Below, piece after piece: positions 15,676 to 17,066 of a stretch of DNA of 17,066 nucleotides. The position numbers and the translations under genes were made by a program. The notes under the pieces are model-generated. The model worked only from the letters and a program-made list of their open reading frames with translations. It did not search any database and was not told the DNA's origin. How positions within the stretch are numbered: position 1 is the first letter of the stretch; every line of letters begins with the position of its first letter. This DNA comes from a candidate division WOR-3 bacterium (GTDB lineage Bacteria > Hydrothermota > Tepidihabitantia > SM23-42 > JAOAFX01): positions 1 through 17,066 of the forward strand of contig JBBILZ010000051.1 of NCBI GenBank assembly GCA_037444665.1, in the 5' to 3' direction.

Positions 15676-16608
15676 ATGAGCAAGATTGCCTTTTTATTTG
15701 ATGGTCAGGGTGCATTTAAACCAGGCATTGGTCGTGAACTTTATAATAAATACCCCAGGGCAAAAGAGATTATTGAGCAGGGGTGTGCTGTTCTTGGTTA
15801 CGATATCAAAGAATATCTGTGGGGAGAAAAATCAAAAGACACAAGTAGTATGACAAGTATTGCCCAGCCCGCAATAAGTCTTGTTTCTCTTGCTTATGCC
15901 GATATTCTAAAGGAGATGGGAGTAAAAGGTGATATATCTCTCGGGCACAGCCTCGGTGAGGCGACCGCAATAGTCTATTGTGGTATTACAAATTTCCAGG
16001 ATGGTATTTTGATGATTAAAAAACGGGGTGAGGTGATGGAAAAAGGCGGAAAACAGGGTTCAATGATGGCGATAATCAATCTTGATATAAAAATCCTTGA
16101 AAATGAATGTAAGCGTATCACTGATGAAATAAAGGAACCAATTGTCGTCGCCAATATTAATGCACCAAACCAGATTGTAGTATCAGGTTCTAAACAGGGA
16201 TTGAAAATGATTGCGCAGTTCGCAGCGCAGAATCGTGGAAGAGCAATTCCCCTTGATGTAGGTGGTGCCTGGCATAGCCCTTATCTTCAGGAGGCATCTA
16301 TAGAATTTAGTCAATTTCTTGACCATATTGAATTCAAAAACCCTCAGCACCCGTTTTATTCTGTTGTAGAGCAAAAAATTTTAACCAATGGAAATGAAAT
16401 TAAAGAATCTATCAAAAGGCAGATGCTATCACAAGTTAACTGGGTTCAGGCGATTGAGAACTTAAATGCATCTAATTTCACATTCTTCTTAGAAATTGGA
16501 CCAAGCAAGATATTAAAAGACCTCGTTAATAAAATTGCCCCATCTTTGAAGAGCGATTCTACTGCCCTTTACTCTGACCTTGAAGTTCTCGCAAAGAGTA
16601 TAAATTGA
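15676..16608 (+). CDS. fabD: Malonyl-CoA:ACP transacylase (ACP S-malonyltransferase)
   Basis: AFLFDGQG, AQPAI, GHSLGE (catalytic Ser), RG..M, VANINAPNQIVVSG, GGAWHS, FLEIGP; SD AAGGAG. Confidence 0.93.
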   Translation: MSKIAFLFDGQGAFKPGIGRELYNKYPRAKEIIEQGCAVLGYDIKEYLWGEKSKDTSSMTSIAQPAISLVSLAYADILKEMGVKGDISLGHSLGEATAIVYCGITNFQDGILMIKKRGEVMEKGGKQGSMMAIINLDIKILENECKRITDEIKEPIVVANINAPNQIVVSGSKQGLKMIAQFAAQNRGRAIPLDVGGAWHSPYLQEASIEFSQFLDHIEFKNPQHPFYSVVEQKILTNGNEIKESIKRQMLSQVNWVQAIENLNASNFTFFLEIGPSKILKDLVNKIAPSLKSDSTALYSDLEVLAKSIN

Positions 16609-16615
16609 TATAGAG

Positions 16616-17066
16616 ATGAAAATTGGACTTATTGGTTGCGGACGGCTCGGGTTAACCCTTGGATATTTTCTAAAAAAGACGGGCAAGCTTTATGGTCTTT
16701 ATGATATAGATAAAAAGGCGCTTACATATGCAGTAAAAATTTTGAGGTTCAAAGATAACCCTGATTATAAAGAATTAATAAAAAACTGTAATATTCTCCT
16801 ATTTGCGACACCCGATGATAGAATATTGGATGCCTTTAGTCAGGCAAAAAAATTTATTACCAATAAAAAATTTCTTTTCCATTTCAGTGGCTTGCTTTCT
16901 GCCGAGATATTTCCTACAAATAAGAATATTCATCGTGCTGCACTCCATCCCTTCGCAACATTTCCACGCATTGGCATTCCACCTTCAAGAAAAAGATACA
17001 CCCTCTTTTTCCAGGGTGATAAACAGAGTTATCACATCGCACTTAAGATATTGCCGCCTGAGAATT
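16616..17066 (+). CDS. Rossmann-like/DUF2520 oxidoreductase (PanG-like ketopantoate reductase), 5' part, truncated by window end
   Basis: Open frame from ATG 16616 to the window end, not in the ORF track: MKIGLIGCGRLG (GxGxxG), LLFATPDDRI, FHFSG, LHPFATF, matching the DUF2520-associated pattern. Confidence 0.8.
   Translation, partial: MKIGLIGCGRLGLTLGYFLKKTGKLYGLYDIDKKALTYAVKILRFKDNPDYKELIKNCNILLFATPDDRILDAFSQAKKFITNKKFLFHFSGLLSAEIFPTNKNIHRAALHPFATFPRIGIPPSRKRYTLFFQGDKQSYHIALKILPPEN

Noticed and set aside
147..16374. Short antisense or alternate-frame ORFs in the track (e.g. 147-443, 686-1093, 4747-5166, 9319-9654, 13670-14002, full-length 12337-12549)
   Set aside because: They overlap well-supported genes or the tRNA, and have no recognisable motifs or initiation signals; treated as shadow ORFs.

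Overview
AT-rich bacterial chromosomal window, mostly housekeeping. Plus strand: nadD 3' end, rho, rpmE, prfB (programmed +1 frameshift, which the ORF track truncates), a multi-TM TPR/Cys-cluster protein, a DUF4388/PATAN membrane protein and purM. Minus strand, converging on purM: a class III cyclase-STAND ATPase-TPR protein, a YfhO-like membrane protein and a small CxxC/CxxC protein. Then two tRNA-Ser genes without encoded CCA flank a 505-bp spacer holding two ~162-bp direct repeats and several hairpins. The window ends with gltX, a JAB/MPN protein, acpS, fabD and a partial Rossmann/DUF2520 (PanG-like) gene. Main observations: all six near-consensus sigma70-like promoters I found have a 16-bp spacer and three sit 5-6 nt from an SD-less ATG (likely leaderless); the inter-tRNA repeat is unexplained; a JAMM-motif protein with no visible ubiquitin-like partner is coupled into the gltX-acpS-fabD operon; and the cyclase has an NLR-like architecture. 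All calls come from reading motifs by eye; no searches were run.
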